64,000 nucleotides of DNA from Zygnema circumcarinatum SAG 698-1b (lineage: Eukaryota; Plantae; Zygnematophyceae): positions 1,826,525-1,890,524 of the forward strand of contig CM074816.1 of assembly GCA_037447605.1 (NCBI GenBank). The letters are read 5' to 3'. Shown in pieces: positions 12,634-26,562 of the stretch (positions within the stretch are counted from its first letter, which is position 1; each line of letters begins with the position of its first letter). Both the position numbers and the translations under genes were made by a program. The notes beneath the pieces are model-generated. The model was not told the DNA's origin. It worked only from the letters and a program-made list of their open reading frames with translations, and did no database searches.

Positions 12634-15080
12634 ATGGACCTTCAGCCGCCATGGTTAGTTCCGGCTCTTGGCTCCGCTGTTGTCGTTGTATTTACTTCAA
12701 CCTTCGCAGCAACTTTGCGGCTCTTCCGAGCTCTAGCCGCTGCTGCAGATGCGCGGCTTGATCCTCCGCAAGCAATTCTTGTGCTAGGTGTGCACTTTAT
12801 GCAGTTGCTCTGTATCTTTTTCTTCTTTAGATATTCATGATGACATGAAATAAAGGAGGTAACATTCTAATTTCAGAGAAGCCCCTCCCTTTTCCTCATT
12901 GTTTTCTTCCTCCGCTGTCTTAGCCTCTCCGTCACTCCAAGTATAGTACTACTGGAAGTATTGTACTTTTCTGTGGACCAATTAGCTCTACTTTACATTT
13001 TCTTGAAGGCGCAGAATTGATGAAGCGTTTAGAAGCGTTTCAGTGAATTGGAGTTGATGGTGCAGTCGACGCATTCTGTATCACTTGCAGGAGGCGACCA
13101 TCATAGAGAGCTTTTGGCAGCAAGATTTGCAGCCGGAGCAGCATCGAAGGTTTATAGCAGTAACAAACATGCAGCAAATGTGAAGCTGTAAGACGTTGGT
13201 TTTTTTTATATATTCCATTCCCTTTCCTTTTCCACTCTCGCGCTATCGATTTTGACCATAAGTCAACTTTTGATTTTTTTCATCTTTTACAAAAAATAAT
13301 TCAAGAGATTTAGTTGGCCCTCAGGCGAATGACGGTTTGGAAGACACACGTAGCGTAGCTTTGTTGTATGGCCGATCAAATCTTTCTCCCGGCCATTGTA
13401 TTGCTCTTCTGATGGTGACAGCTGGAAACTGGCATGCTAGTGTTTGCTTACACTCCAGATTTCCTTTGCAACTCTTTCGAACGAACACGTCCCTTGTTTC
13501 CCCACCGACCATCATTTTCCTCGTACGAATCAGAGGTTCTTTTGCAGTTTAGAAATGAATGGTGCCGACCATGAGATTTGCCTGAAGTGGTTTTATAGAG
13601 TGTTTTGTGCTTTGTAGGCTTCCCGTTTATGTGAGTTCTCCACATGATGACGCTGGACGAGTTATGAGGCGAGCAGGAGTCCAACCTTCTCGATTGCATA
13701 TCGACAACCGTGCACTCGATACGGTGTGCAGTTCTCTCCTTTTAACATTCGCTTGGGGTGTTACTAGCATCAATCATTACTAATTTATTATGCTCCACAT
13801 GTTTTTTCGGACTGGGCCCACTAGCCTATTTCCCTGCAGTCTGATCTGGCTTTATGCCACGCAATACTCAAGTTCAAGATAGTTTATGCTGGATAAATAT
13901 ACTTATAAGTAATTGCGCATGTGTATAAACGCACTACTAGCTTGACAGCACTTGACCAGTTGCCAATGTGATGGCGGGTGATGTTTCAGGTGACCAATTT
14001 CACGACTATGTTGACTACGTTCAAGGTGGCCAATTAGTAAGCGACACTCTTCAAACACTTTGCAAGGCCCTTGTCAATCATCAGTGTTTGCTCCATAAGC
14101 TCCAGCTTCTAAAAGCTTCTTGTCAGTTTGCCCTAGGTCTATAAGGAGGCTCTTTATGTTCTTCTGCAAGAAATATAGAAAGGTAGCGAAGTGCGGCTGG
14201 CTAGTTGACAGAAGGTGTGGGAGAGCTGTTCGCATGATCCAGGAACATGATTTTCTTTGTGCTCTCCCTCCCCTTGTCCTATCGTCTCCTAGCTGTGTAC
14301 TGGCCGTCCCATCCATGCAAGAGGGTAGAAGGGGCTTTGCAGGAGCAGTGATGGATGCGGCTGCTTGCTGGTGGGGCCGCCAGTACACACGTTTATGTGG
14401 TGACATCGGGATATCACATGGCGCGAGCTGCAATGCTGGCGAGCATTATTCTTCGGAGTAACGGAATCGCCTACACGGCTGTCAGGTGTGTATCGACCTG
14501 TTCAATAGAGAAAGAGACTTGACTTGGTGAGGAGGAAGGAATGGCAGCCAACATAGAGAAGGTACAGGGAAGGTGGGATTGGAGATTGTCGTCGTATTGA
14601 GTCGCAGACATTCTTGGATTGAATCTTGACTCGATTAGAGGAGGTCGGGGACTTCTGAGTTCCGATAACTTCAGTCATCTGATGTGGTTCCATGCATCAC
14701 GGTCCGTTGATTCATGACGAACTCTTAACTTGAATAGAACTTGATTCTCGTTGAACTCTCGTCATCGAACTCGAACTATATCTTGATCTCATGCCTAACG
14801 TCAGTTTCATATGTAGTTTGAGTATTTATTTGATCATTGTTGAGTAGTAGGCCGAACTAACACGTGATAAATGTCCTGTATGAGGGGCGCCAGCCTCTGC
14901 TCTGGGGAGAAGGACGAAGCTTCAGGAGCGGAGTCAAGGTTGAGGCGAGAGCGTGACCGCATACGAGCTTTCGTTTGGCTCCTGCTTGGATGGCATGGGG
15001 CGGAGTTTCTGCGGTTCACGAAGCCTAACAGGTATAGAGAACATAAGAAGAAAGATGTTGTTCCAAAAGACTCTGATTAG
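12634..15080 (+). CDS. DUF218 (YdcF/ElyC/SanA-like) protein, cyanobacterial type
   Basis: N-terminal hydrophobic segment, then exons PQAILVLG|GDHHRELLAARFAA, LPVYVSSP..AGVQPSRLHIDNRALDT|VTNFTT, VYVVTSGYHMARA..IIL..NGI and E..RERDRIRAFVWLLLGWHG. All are characteristic of cyanobacterial YdcF-like proteins. An alternative ATG lies at 12601, and two internal junctions are unresolved. Confidence 0.8.
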
Positions 15081-15492
15081 TGATGTTCTTGCTCTTTGAA
15101 AAGGTAAGGGGCGAGCAGGGAAGGCTCTGTGCACCCTTAATTTGTTATGCAGTCGACCCTCAGGGCATTGTAAGGTCTCAGATTTCAAAAGGAAGAAGTT
15201 TGCGTTCTTTCGTCTTGCTTCGAGAAAAAAAAAAATTGTCAATGGGTGTTTCATACGACTGTCCATGTGTTGGCTTTGAAGAGTTCGCACGTACATTGCA
15301 AGCTTTAAGCATAGAGGGCGAACGTGTCTTTCCCTTCATAAAGCCTGAAGAGGGAACAATGCGCATCCTCTCCGCTTCGTACTGAAAGGTAACTAATACT
15401 TTATCCGAGATCAAAATTGATCAACGACTCTAGAGCTTGAAGAGAACAGTAGAACGGGGCACAGAAGGAGCACAGAATGGAGCATGGACGAG

Positions 15493-16691
15493 TCACTTCA
15501 GGACAGCTTGGGCGCTGCGTAAACTGAGGAAGCCCTGCACGTACTCATCCGGAAGGTTCCGAATGCGACTAAAAACTTCTGAATTGGCATATCGCAGCTT
15601 TGTTCGCGGGTCTGTGTATGGTGCCTACAATCCCAATCAAAGACAAAACGTGAGTTTTACCAGAAATAAGTTGTACATATAAGATACAAAAACCGAATGA
15701 ACCTCATTTAATGATGTTGTTTTGCTCGAAGCTGTCCAACAGAAGAGCACAAGAAGGCTGAATTTCTTCTTGCGCCTGTCTGAAGACTTAGATCTGTCTG
15801 TCTCAACAAATTCATAACAACGAATGGAAGTACTCGTCATGTTGATGCTTGATCCAAGATGGATCACCTTTTGGAAGAGGAAGACCTCACCTCAAAACCG
15901 GTTATATCGCAGTACTTCTTAGGGGGGTATACGGAGGGTGGGGCTTCAATGCTCACATCTGCAGCAAAGCCGGATCCACAGGACCTATTAGTAACACAAA
16001 GGACCGCACTTACGACTCAGCCCACTTCCGCACCAATTATCACACAACCAGGAAGAAGCCTTAACACTCAAGCAAGCAGATCACTTGTTTACTGCTGACA
16101 TGGCCATCAAAGTTGTGTAGGTATGGTCAATGCAGATGCAGTGAATAATGAAAGCTTTTGTGAAGAGTGAGAGTTCCAAACGCACATGTTGGCTGGTTCA
16201 CTGGCAAGAGGTGGTAATTCTCTGCCTGCAGAATCTGCTTCAAGTGCTTCCAATGCCGCCCTCTATTCTGCCCCTTTGGGTATCTTTCCTCCAGTTGTGA
16301 ACGCTTGAAGGGAAGGACAGACGGCAACAAAAGGTCTGACGATGCCTCAGGGACAGGACGAGGGGATGACTTCCCATTATTTTGAACAAGTTTCTGCAAA
16401 CTCAAAAGGAGATGGAGTATTGTCAATTGGTTTGTTGAAGCATCATTACATGCCACTTCATCCTCTTTCTTCAAGCAGATGACTATATATGGCATCCAAG
16501 AAGCACCATAATCCATAGAGGAGATGAAGGTCAGAAAATAACAAGCTGAAACGCATATGGACTTATCCTTTCAGCAAAGAAGTTGTCCCCATGAATTGAA
16601 GTCGCTTTAGATACACACGCGCACGCACCTTCTCAGAACGTTGGGTCTTTGGTGCAGGGTATTCCAAAGCATCACCAGAACGCTTCCGCAT
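15493..16691 (-). CDS. IES6: INO80 complex subunit C (Ies6/EEN, YL1_C domain)
   Basis: Four exons: MRKRSGD..SEK|KLV..VLPFKR..RHWKHLKQILQAENY..PT|YVSIEAPPSVYPPKKYCDITGFE|APYTDPRTKLRYANSEVF..LR..QAVLK*. Confidence 0.93.
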
Positions 16692-17683
16692 CACGCCGGC
16701 GGATGCAAACAGTTGCAAACCGTGCCAATGCTTTCACTAGAACCGTGAACAACGGTCGCCTATCTCCTGCTTTAATTATTCTTATCCTGTAGCCAACATC
16801 CCAACGCCAGCATTATCTGTATGATCAGTGTCAAATTATTCAGGAATATGCTAAATAGGATTAACTGCTTCTTCTTAACTCCTGTAAGTTTTCAAGTCGA
16901 CGGAAAATTCTGAGTCGATAATTGTTCGTGACTCCTTTCAGAAAAGTTAGTGCTTCATGCTTCAATTATAGAAGGTGTTTCTGCTTCACAGCAGACGATG
17001 AACAGAATCTACTTCACGCATAAGACTTGAGAAAATAGCTTCTGCAATGCTTCCAAAGTTCCAAAATTCATTCAATGGATGGTGAAGGAGCAAGATTGAA
17101 CCCTTCAAAAGATTGATCAAGCAGATTTGCAACCGAATTGGCTCAATCAGACAAAACACAAAGCAGGAGGTAGACGAAAGAGATGCACCTCAAAGCATAG
17201 GGAACCAGCTTTACAACAAGGAAGTGAGCGAGTAATCTTCTCGCACTCCCACAGCAGCCGTCGACGTTTGCGAGTTGTGCTCAAGAATACCGCCATCTTC
17301 AAAATTTCATTGTAAGTGTGCGCTCCAAATAAGTTGATTACCTGCTCTACTGCTGCTCCCTATGGCCTTCCTCCCATAACGAACATCGTCCAATAGCGAC
17401 TCGCCACGTGTACAAACTTTCCACGTGGAGATCTTCTATTCGTTGTGGCGCGACCATAGTTCTGAACAGATGGTGAGAAGCCCTGAGAGAGCTCGGAGTG
17501 GTGAATATGAGGGTTCCAGCAAGTTGGCCTGCTATTGACAGCGCAACACTGCATGCAGAAATCTACTTCTGATGAAAGAATGTGGAAGATAATAGTAGCA
17601 TGGTAAGACAGTAAAATAAGCTCTTTTTGGAAGGAGAGGAGGAAGGAGGAAGGAGGAGGAGGAGGAGCTGAAGAAGGGCGGCC

Positions 17684-20600
17684 ATGGAGAGCGATAGAGC
17701 TTCGAAGAGGCAGCGTTACAATCGCAATGGTTAATTTCTATCCTTTTCCTCCTTTTGGTTGAGTCTGTACTTGCTTGTATGCCAGTGATTAGCAGTCATT
17801 TCAGGTTGTGAAGGCGCGTTCTTGTCAATTCAGCGGGTTTGAAGTTGCCTCTGCACGGGAATGTCTTTGCTGACTATTAGTAGAACTTTGGAAGCGCTTT
17901 GACAAACTGGACTGCTGTCGCTGCTGTTGCAGATGATAGCGGCTACAAGAGAAGGAGAGAGGACGACTTTTCAGATGTGACAGCTGGGTAAACTGTGGCT
18001 GCCATCTGCCCCTTTCGTGCAAGTACCGGCCTCTTGATTTTTTTTGGATAAATCACTCTTTTTTAGGGATTTTCCAGCTTCAGGCATACATTCAATGGGA
18101 TACTTTGCTACGCTTCATGGGCCAGAAATGCACAGTGAAAACATTGAGAAAAGCTGTTGGGTGTTGGAATTAAGAATTTTAAGCAGACTTGAATTGCGCT
18201 ATTAGACCATCTGAACAAAGAATCAGATATTATATGGCTTGGAATGACATTTTATCCGGCGATGGTTAGTTTCAGGGCGCATAGCTGAGCTTTCGCTAGC
18301 ACTGAGATGAGAGGTGCACTTCAAATCGGCTCCTATCGCATTTGATATTGAAAAATAACTGCAAACCTGCTTTTTACAAGTCTCCCATAAAAAGAAGCGG
18401 CGACGGAATAACTGCGTGGAATCTCACTGAGTGTTTCGAGGGAGTCTTAAGGGTCTGGAGCTGAAAACAGCCCTGAAAAACACGTTCTGTCATGTTTAAG
18501 AACGACGATACAGCTGCATAATGATCAGTTTTAGTGTTGGAGATGGTTATCGCTCAAAAGGTGAACAGGTTAAGGCTGAGAGTACCGTAGTTCACATTGG
18601 GAGTTAACTTTTGCCCTAGACTTCGCTTTGTTCGACCAACTGAAATGAATAGAATACACTTGCCATGAAGAAATGAAACATAAATCAAGATGCACGAGAG
18701 GAAGATTTCCTGGATATATTCGCTTGGTTTTAGGGAGAATGTGTATGTTTTAGGCCATTCCTCGACACACTGCACTTAAACCCCAGTAGATTGTTTCTCC
18801 ATGTACTGCTCTGCCATCTTCCAACTTTTGCTCGATCCTTCTTTCTCTCATCTTTTTCCCCAACCGCTCCCCCACTCATCAGGACTCCCCACTCTTGCCT
18901 TTTCATGTTGCCCATACCTCTTTTCATTTTTGCTTTGCTGATAGGTTTCGCCAAGAAGGCTAGAGTACATGTTCACCCTATAAGTACAAGGTGAAGCTGG
19001 TTTGCAGATGGCGGTCTCTCCTACTACATCTTGGCGACCATTGCAAGGAGTACAACTTCATAACTGATGCGAACAAGCATCTGGTAAGGTCGTTGGACTT
19101 TCTCTGGCTGAAGTGAAGGGATGAAAGTGTAAAGAAGCGGTTGAGCACCTGGATCTTGCATGGGCTCTGCAAAGTTCCCAAATGGCCAAAAACTTGGAGC
19201 TGAAGTTTGTCTGCTTAAGTGAGGTAAATGTTGATTCTGCCAGTCTATAAAAAACTACACACTCATCTTTTTAACAAATGTATCAACTCTCCGTATTCTA
19301 CTGACTGCAGGAAACATGTTCGGGAATTCTTAGGAGAGAGCTCTCCAGCGTCGCCGGCGATGCAGTTCCGGTAGCACTTTTGCTCGCACTCTATTGCTCT
19401 TTTCCTTTTTGTGGAGTAAATTAAAGATTTGCATTTTCTGGGCCGGCACGTTTTTCCAACCGTTCCTTGAGCAGTTACAACAACCTGAATCTTGTTAAAG
19501 GTCTCCTAGCAATCTCCATCAGCTTTTGTTATCCCTATAACGCCAAAAAACGGAAGATTTAGACCTTGCTCTTTGTGTTGAAAGCAGATGCTTCTGCAGT
19601 GTGCTGAGGAGCTGCCACACAAGGCGCCCATGTATGCGACCTTGGTGAGTTACACGGAATCATGATTGCTTTGCGAGAATACATAAGTCTCTTGCAATTC
19701 GAAAAGTACAGTCCTCGCTGTGGCATGACGGTTACGTTTTGTATGCAATGTTTTGGTCTAATTTGTTCAATCGTACATAGCCATATTCCACTTTTGTGCA
19801 TCGGCCTCTGAAATTATCGCTGGGCAGCCTTAAATCTACAATAGGTGTGATTGAGCAGAAATTGGTGTCACACTCCTCTTGCAGGTTGGCCTCCTTAACG
19901 AGGAGGATTCAGATTTTGCAGCTCAAATTGTGGAGCAAACGGGTGCAGGCTTGCAGGTATGGATCTTCTAAAATTTTGGGTCTTCCAAATTTATGGAATT
20001 CAGGGCTTTTTTGAAGCGCGTGTTGCACTGGGAGCATGGTTTTAGTCAAGCATAGATGCAGCCTGGCTTTGACATTGCTGAGAAGTACTTCTTGTTTTTT
20101 GGGTTTGTTGCAAACCGTATGAGATATAACTTCTGGCTCAAAGAACTATACTGACATTCAGTATGTTGTGGCTTATGTGCAGAGTGCTTTGGACACTGGA
20201 GATAGGAATAAAATCCGACTCCTATTGCGATTCTTATCTCTGCTGGTCCGTCGTCTCTAATGCTGATACCCCAAAACAATACCTAACAGCATTTTTCTTC
20301 GGTTTCACATAACTGGCTTATAGGGCGTAGTATCCTAAATCAGACGTAGTTGGACTTCCATTTTTCCTGAAGCCACTGAATGAGGGGTTTTTTCATTGGT
20401 GTATTTTGGTCTGCAGTTCGTCACTCATGTTGTCTCCCCTGCAACAGTTGTGGATGTGTACGACTTCTTACTGACAGCAGCAGTCGCTATAGTCGATGAG
20501 GATGGGGGGAATCCTGCGTGGCAGCCTCGTGCTGATTTCTATGTGCTCTGCGTGCTCGCAGCACTTCCATTCTGCAGCATAGAACTGTCGCAGGTGACTG

Positions 20601-23600
20601 TTGGCTCCACAGTTGATCCAATCCTTCCTGAAGCTCATACATTTCTTGGATTGCCGAGTCTTTCTTGGTGTCCATCAGGTCGCTTGCACCATGTTTGATC
20701 CAAGTTTGAAAGCTTGAAACAGAAACGAAGATATTCGTGTAAGAAATCAGACCGTTAGTGAATGTTGGCAGTGGGAAGAGTAATTGGTGCAGCAAGCTGG
20801 CGAGGAGTTGGAGCGTCTTCTGGCAGCAGTGGATGCTTATATGAGTTTGCGTACCACAGTTCACCATGCAGCCTTACAGTGTCTACAGCCTTTCAGTAAC
20901 ACAACGTATGAGGTGAACCACTTGAGCGCTCTTGTGACTTGCTCGTCCCGTCCTCCTCCGTCGTCACATACTTCTTCCCCTTCTCGTCCCCATCCCTCTT
21001 GTGCTGGCCCTCTACCTCCAGCTTCATCTCCCCCTCCAACTCTTCAGGATATTTGTATCCACGAGAGACACTGATTTGATGTACTGCAAACAGGACCCCT
21101 TGGAGGACTTGCTCGTACGAATTCGTGCACTTCAACAGAGTCAATGGAAGGCAGACAGTGGTATGCTGGAATGCAGAATGGATGTTGAAGCAAGATCATG
21201 AGCAGGACGGAAACAGAGAGAGATAGAGCTGTGTGTAGAGGAGAGTGAAGGACAGAAAGAAAGAGCGGGAGAGAGAAAACTGGGAAATAAAGGAATTCTG
21301 TATGCATGTGACACTTGTACCCTGTTTCGAAGCCATAGCGGTATTTCTGTTGTGATTCGGCAGGTCAAATGTAGCCATCAACCAATGAGAACCTAACCAA
21401 GAGCTTGACACATCTGCAAAAAGGGATTGGTGGGCTTGTGTGAAAAGAAGTTAGTGGTGGAGGTAATAGAAGAGGGCAGAATGATGGGAAGCAGGGGCAG
21501 GTAGCTCAGGAGAGGGGCAGAGATATATGTGGGAAGGAGAGGTGGAGTGGAGAGGCGTGAAAAGAGAGAGTCAAGTCATGCTGATGAGATGCTGGATCGA
21601 GGATGGGTGTGTGGGGTCGAGATTTCTGCAGTATGGAGGACACATGACGATTTTCAGGAGAAGCTTATAGCTGCCCCTTTTCGGGAGATGGCGGCCCTTT
21701 CTCGCCCTCCTGTGCCAGCTCTGCCTTCCCCTGCTACCGCTCTCAGTTTGGAAAGACAACGATTCCAGGCCTTGGAAGAATATCCTCCCCGAGTGGGCCG
21801 ACTGAAGATTTTTCCTCCATCTAAAACAGATGATGTAAGTGTGGATGTATGCTTGATGTATTACTGCAAGAATGGATGGTTTTATTTGTAAAATTCAAGC
21901 TGAACTCACACCATCACAAGTTCTTCCACCTTAAATCTGTTGTAGACAATATGCATATCCATAAATATCAAGTCTCGCAATCTTGAACTTTGAATTCTAA
22001 ACCATGGCAATGAGCATCTCCTTCTTCTTGAACCTCCCTGAGAAGGGAACTTGGCGAACTATGGCTGCAGACTATGAGTCCAATGGATCGGTTCATTGTT
22101 GAGGAGTACATACTTGACGTACTTTTCTATTTGAACGGCTGGTGAGAGTTTGTAGCACTATAGGGTTTTTTTCTGTTCGTAGATCTTTAAGGTTTGTTTG
22201 TTTTTTTTAAGATTTGCCACGCAGTGCCTGTGGCCCATTCGTCAGCTACTACTTTCTTTTCTGAACAGTTTGCGTCCACTGAAGGATGGGATTCATTTGC
22301 ATTCAATTTCAATGAAGCTCCCCACTTCTGCCACTTGGGATTTTAATGAGTGGAGATGGCGGGATGGTGATGATGGGATGTAGCCGTAAAGAATGTGCAA
22401 CATATCTAGTGGGGCTTCCAGTGCCATTCCGATACGAGTACATCACAGCAGAAACCATCTTCTCTCAGGTTAGTAGGATTCTCTACGGATATTAAGCTTA
22501 AACATCCGACCAAAAAAAGGGGAGGAAGAAAAGCTAATGGATAGGAACTGTTTTCCTCCTCCATTCCGCTCAAAGGAACCTCCACTTGCCTTCCCATCCA
22601 ATGCGACTGTAAAGTGGGGATTGTTGCAGCTTTTCCGTCTCCCAAACTCTCCATCTCGACTTGTCTACTACACCATAGTCATCGTTGATCTATGCAAAGT
22701 AAGTCCCTTTCCGTACTTCTCTCTATTGCTGAGACTGTGGGAGGGGTGGTTGCGCAAGTCTTGAAACCCCTCTCAAATCTCGGAATCAACTTCTTCCTGG
22801 TAATCATTGATTCGTAGCGTTAACCCCTAAAACCCTAAAAACCCTAAAAAAAGAACAAAATCTCTGAGACATCCTTTTTGCGTCCTGAGCAGGCCCTTCC
22901 CGGAGCATTCCCTGCCGTTGTAGCTAGCGCAGTGAAGCTGCTCTTTGACCGCATGGCCATGCTGGATGTAGAATGTCGCTCCCGCCTAGTACAGTGGCTC
23001 TCCCACCATCTGTCAGTACCTCACTTTTTCCTTCTAGGTGATTTTTTTTCTTAGTCAGCATGCAGATCTTGCACCTGAGTGGGTGTCACTTCGTACTCGC
23101 AAGTTGCACTGAGTTTTCATCTTCTCCTCAGTGTAAAACGCTCACTTCGCATCTCAGGGTTCAACCACCTGCCGGTTATGATTTGCTTAACGGGTTTAGT
23201 GAGATGTAAACAGGTCCAATTTTCAGTTTATATGGCCGTGGGATAATTGGGCTCACGTTCTCGACAAGCCGCCATGGCATCCTCAGCGTCTCTTCATATC
23301 AGAAGTTTTGGAGAAGGAGATTCGCCTCTCCTACTGGGAAAAAGTGAAAGAGGTAACCAGCATTCCAAACAGTCCCTTGCCTTCGCTAAGCCCTTTCCGG
23401 GGCGAGTGGAGAGCGTCGTCTGATCTTTTGCCACCTGCTTACCAAGCACAACCATCTTCCATTTTCACTCAATGCTATTTTCTTCAAATCTGCAGACTCT
23501 AGGAAGTGAAAGGATGGCGGTTCTCCTTCCACCAAAGCCCGTCCCCCAGTTCAAATACGATTCCGCCAAGGAAGGTATAGCTTCTGAGGCGGAGGTAGCC

Positions 23601-25788
23601 CTCTCTAAGGAACTTGTACAGAAAGTGCGGTCAAAGAGCACTGTGAAAGACATGTGGGCGTGGTTGGATGAGAGTGTGACTCCAACTGTCGGCCCACTTA
23701 GAGCACTTGATCTCACAGTACAGACTCTCCTGAATTTGGGAGCTAAGAGCTTCACGCATACTATGACAGCCCTGGAGAGATATGGGCAGCTACTTCATAA
23801 GATGGCCCCTACACAGGTGGGGAAACCTTAAGATTCCCTGCGCTGCCCCTTGGAAACCCTTTAGAGTCCTTTTGTGATGGTCTTACCTCAATAATCAGAT
23901 GGTATGACAGTCACAACCACAGTAGTGTCCGTAGTCTGTTGTAACCAGAGTTAAACTTGCCATATGTCTGGTTGGAGGAGAAGAGCCTAATTTTTGACTA
24001 TGTCATTGCAGGAGAAGCAAGTGGCCCTGCTTGAGAGTGCGGTAGAGCTGTGGCAGAGCTCCTCTCAAATGGCAGCGGTCGTGGTAGACCGCTGCATGGC
24101 CTTTCGAATTGTGTCAAACCTTGCCATCGTACAGTGGGTGTTCTTACCCTCCTGTCAGCGACTTTTTCAAGTCTCAGACCGGGTGTGGGAGGTAAGAAAG
24201 GATATACAATCAGAACCCATCTTCTCCCTGCCTTCTCGCGAATGCTCTGCAAATAGTATTTTTTTCAGAGTTTTTGAGATTTTCAGGGTGGAGAAGGCAC
24301 TGCCTGCTTCGTTCGCCTATCTTGAGTGCTTCCATTGCTTTTTCAGGTTCTCAGAAATGCGATCAACAAGACCAATAATCGTACAAAAGACCTGCGGAAG
24401 GAGGTTTTCTCAGTGCAAAAGGTGGCAGCCGCAGCTGCCGCTGCTTCAAGTAAGGCGAAGGAGGAGGCAGAGGCAGCATGGGCACTCGTAGAAAATGCAG
24501 CGGAGGAGGAAGCAAAATCGCAGGCAACTGCTAAAGCTGAATGGGCAAAGGGGAAAGCTGAGAAAGCAGCTGAAGAAGCAACTTCTGCGCAGGATGCAGC
24601 GGAAGCAAAAGAGTTTCTCCTCAAGAGAGCTCTCGGCGAGCAGGAGGTGCAGCTTCTTCGATAACCAAAAGTCAAGATATGCTGAAAATCTGATTGGCCT
24701 AAGACTGTGAAATCCCTGAAGAGTGACCATGCAGTGTATGCTCCGGAAGCTCTGCTAGTAGTCGGAGTAAAATCTTTTGGTTGTGCTCTTTTGTGGCAGA
24801 GTCTGTTCATGGCCGTTCTTGGAAACTTCACTTCCTTATTGACGGCGAGGTTGGCAGCCATGGATGCTGCGGAAGCGAGCGTGGTAGACGCTCCTGCAGA
24901 GACAGGAGGAGAAGCTCCTGCAGACGAGGGAGCAGCAGCAATGGAGACAGAGGGAGAGAGGGGCCCTGCAGAGAATGAGGGAGGGGATGTTGAGATGAAT
25001 GCTGAGGAAGGCAACGGCAGAGGGCCAAATCGGTCGGTTTCTAGACATAGTCAAACACGTTGTGTGTTCCCTGTTGATTCCTTACATTAGAGTAGTTGGT
25101 TGCTGTAGGCAACGTGATAGGAAGGTGTTTTTGAATCGTCTTGCTAGTGGATGTTGCCATCTGGGTTTTTGTTTTTTTTTATTCAGACAGTCGTAGTAGC
25201 GAGATTGTGAAGGTCCAAACGGTCCGTTTGGTTGAGAGTGGGCTGCAGAAAGGAGAGGGAGCGAAAGTACGAGGGAGGCACCAATCACATCGTAGCCAAT
25301 GGAGACGCGCGAAAGAATGTCATGGAAGATGGAAAAATACGGGGAGAGGAAGAGAAAGCATGGGTTGAGTTCACACTGGCGCAGTTTCGGAGCATTTGCA
25401 GACATTATGCAGCAGAGGTGAGGAAACTCTGAACTCTAATGATGTAACAGTCCATAGAAACCCCAAACTGCCGACATTCTACTCACACAAAGAACATAAA
25501 TGATCCACAAACAGCATAGGAACCCTTTACTGCTGACATTCTTACCGTACAACTGACTGTAACGATCCGCTACGTTGGATAGAAACCCTAAACTGCCGAC
25601 ATTCTTGGCATTTGTTCGAATGCATGAACTGTCTTGGGAGGTTGCTCTCTCTGACGGTAAGCCGCGGCCCTGTTCAGATATGGCCTTGGATGGAAAAAAT
25701 TGACTCGGAAGTCTTTACAAAGGAGGTGGATGCTCGGGTCCTGGAAGCGGCTTACCAGGGATTAGGGCGGCAGGCAGAGGTGCAATGA
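17684..25788 (+). CDS. CBP80: Nuclear cap-binding protein subunit 1 (CBP80/ABH1)
   Basis: Exons WRSLLLHLGD, CAEELPHKAPMYATL, NPAWQPRADFYV, FIWPWDNWAHVL..HPQRLFISEVLEKEIRLSYWEKV, KSFTHTMTALERYGQ, VDRCMAFRIVSNLAIVQWVF and RHYAAE|IWPWMEKID. Stop at 25786-25788. Confidence 0.95.
25455..25605 (+). repeat. ~62-bp tandem repeat in the last CBP80 intron
   Basis: ATAGRAACCCY..ACTGCYGACATTCT at ~25455, ~25517 and ~25579. Confidence 0.7.
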
Positions 25789-25894
25789 TTGGTTTTTCAC
25801 ACGTTCAAGGAATTGGGTGGGAGCTAAATTCCGAGGAAGAGGGGGCGAGCTTTAGCTGGTTGCTGGAATACGGTGCAGGCGAGGAGGCAGAGGA

Positions 25895-25949
<55 letters not shown>

Positions 25950-26450
25950 GGATGGATCGATTGTGGCAGCCATTGCTTAGGGAGGAGAGGGTATGGGATG
26001 CTTTTCCAAGCGTATCGATGAAGTCAGACATAGCTTTAAGAGGCGAGACAGATCGGAGTGTGTTGAACGCTGATTGCAAAGGCAGTCGAAGTAATCCATT
26101 TTTTGATCGCAGAGATAGAAACTTCAGATGTGTTCCGGTTCTCTTACCTGTGAACGGTGAAAAGGGGTTTGCTTTCACTCTGACACGTGAACAGGGTTCC
26201 TTTCCTTTTTCTTGAAAGGTTTGTGGCGGGAGTTATGTTTGAGGGGAGGGAGTGGGAGAGGGAGAGGGAGAAAGAGTGGGAGTGGGACAACGGGATCATG
26301 TCATGCCTATTATGGTACGGTATGCTTTTTCGATATTGTCGCATCCGATACAGTATTCTACATAAGAATATCGACTATGGAGGATAATATCGGAAGACAT
26401 ATGGCAAGAAATAATAATAATTAACCCTGCCTAAAAGGAATCCATTATTT

Positions 26451-26562
26451 ACACACCTTTTTTGGCTAGATTCACACCTTTCCATAAAAACCCTAAAATC
26501 TGATCGATGAATAGGAAGTGTATCTAACTAAAAAAAGATGTGTATCTAGCCAAAAAATGTAT
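26451..26562. repeat. Short fold-back element (MITE-like inverted repeat)
   Basis: CCTTTTTTGGCTAGATTCACACC pairs with GATGTGTATCTAGCCAAAAAATG with few mismatches. Confidence 0.5.

Noticed and set aside
20326-20340. GTATCCT resembling a U12 5' splice site
   Set aside because: It lies inside a normal GT-AG intron whose flanking exons already join in frame.
24343-25014. 223-aa antisense ORF
   Set aside because: It is the shadow of Ala/Glu-rich CBP80 exons.
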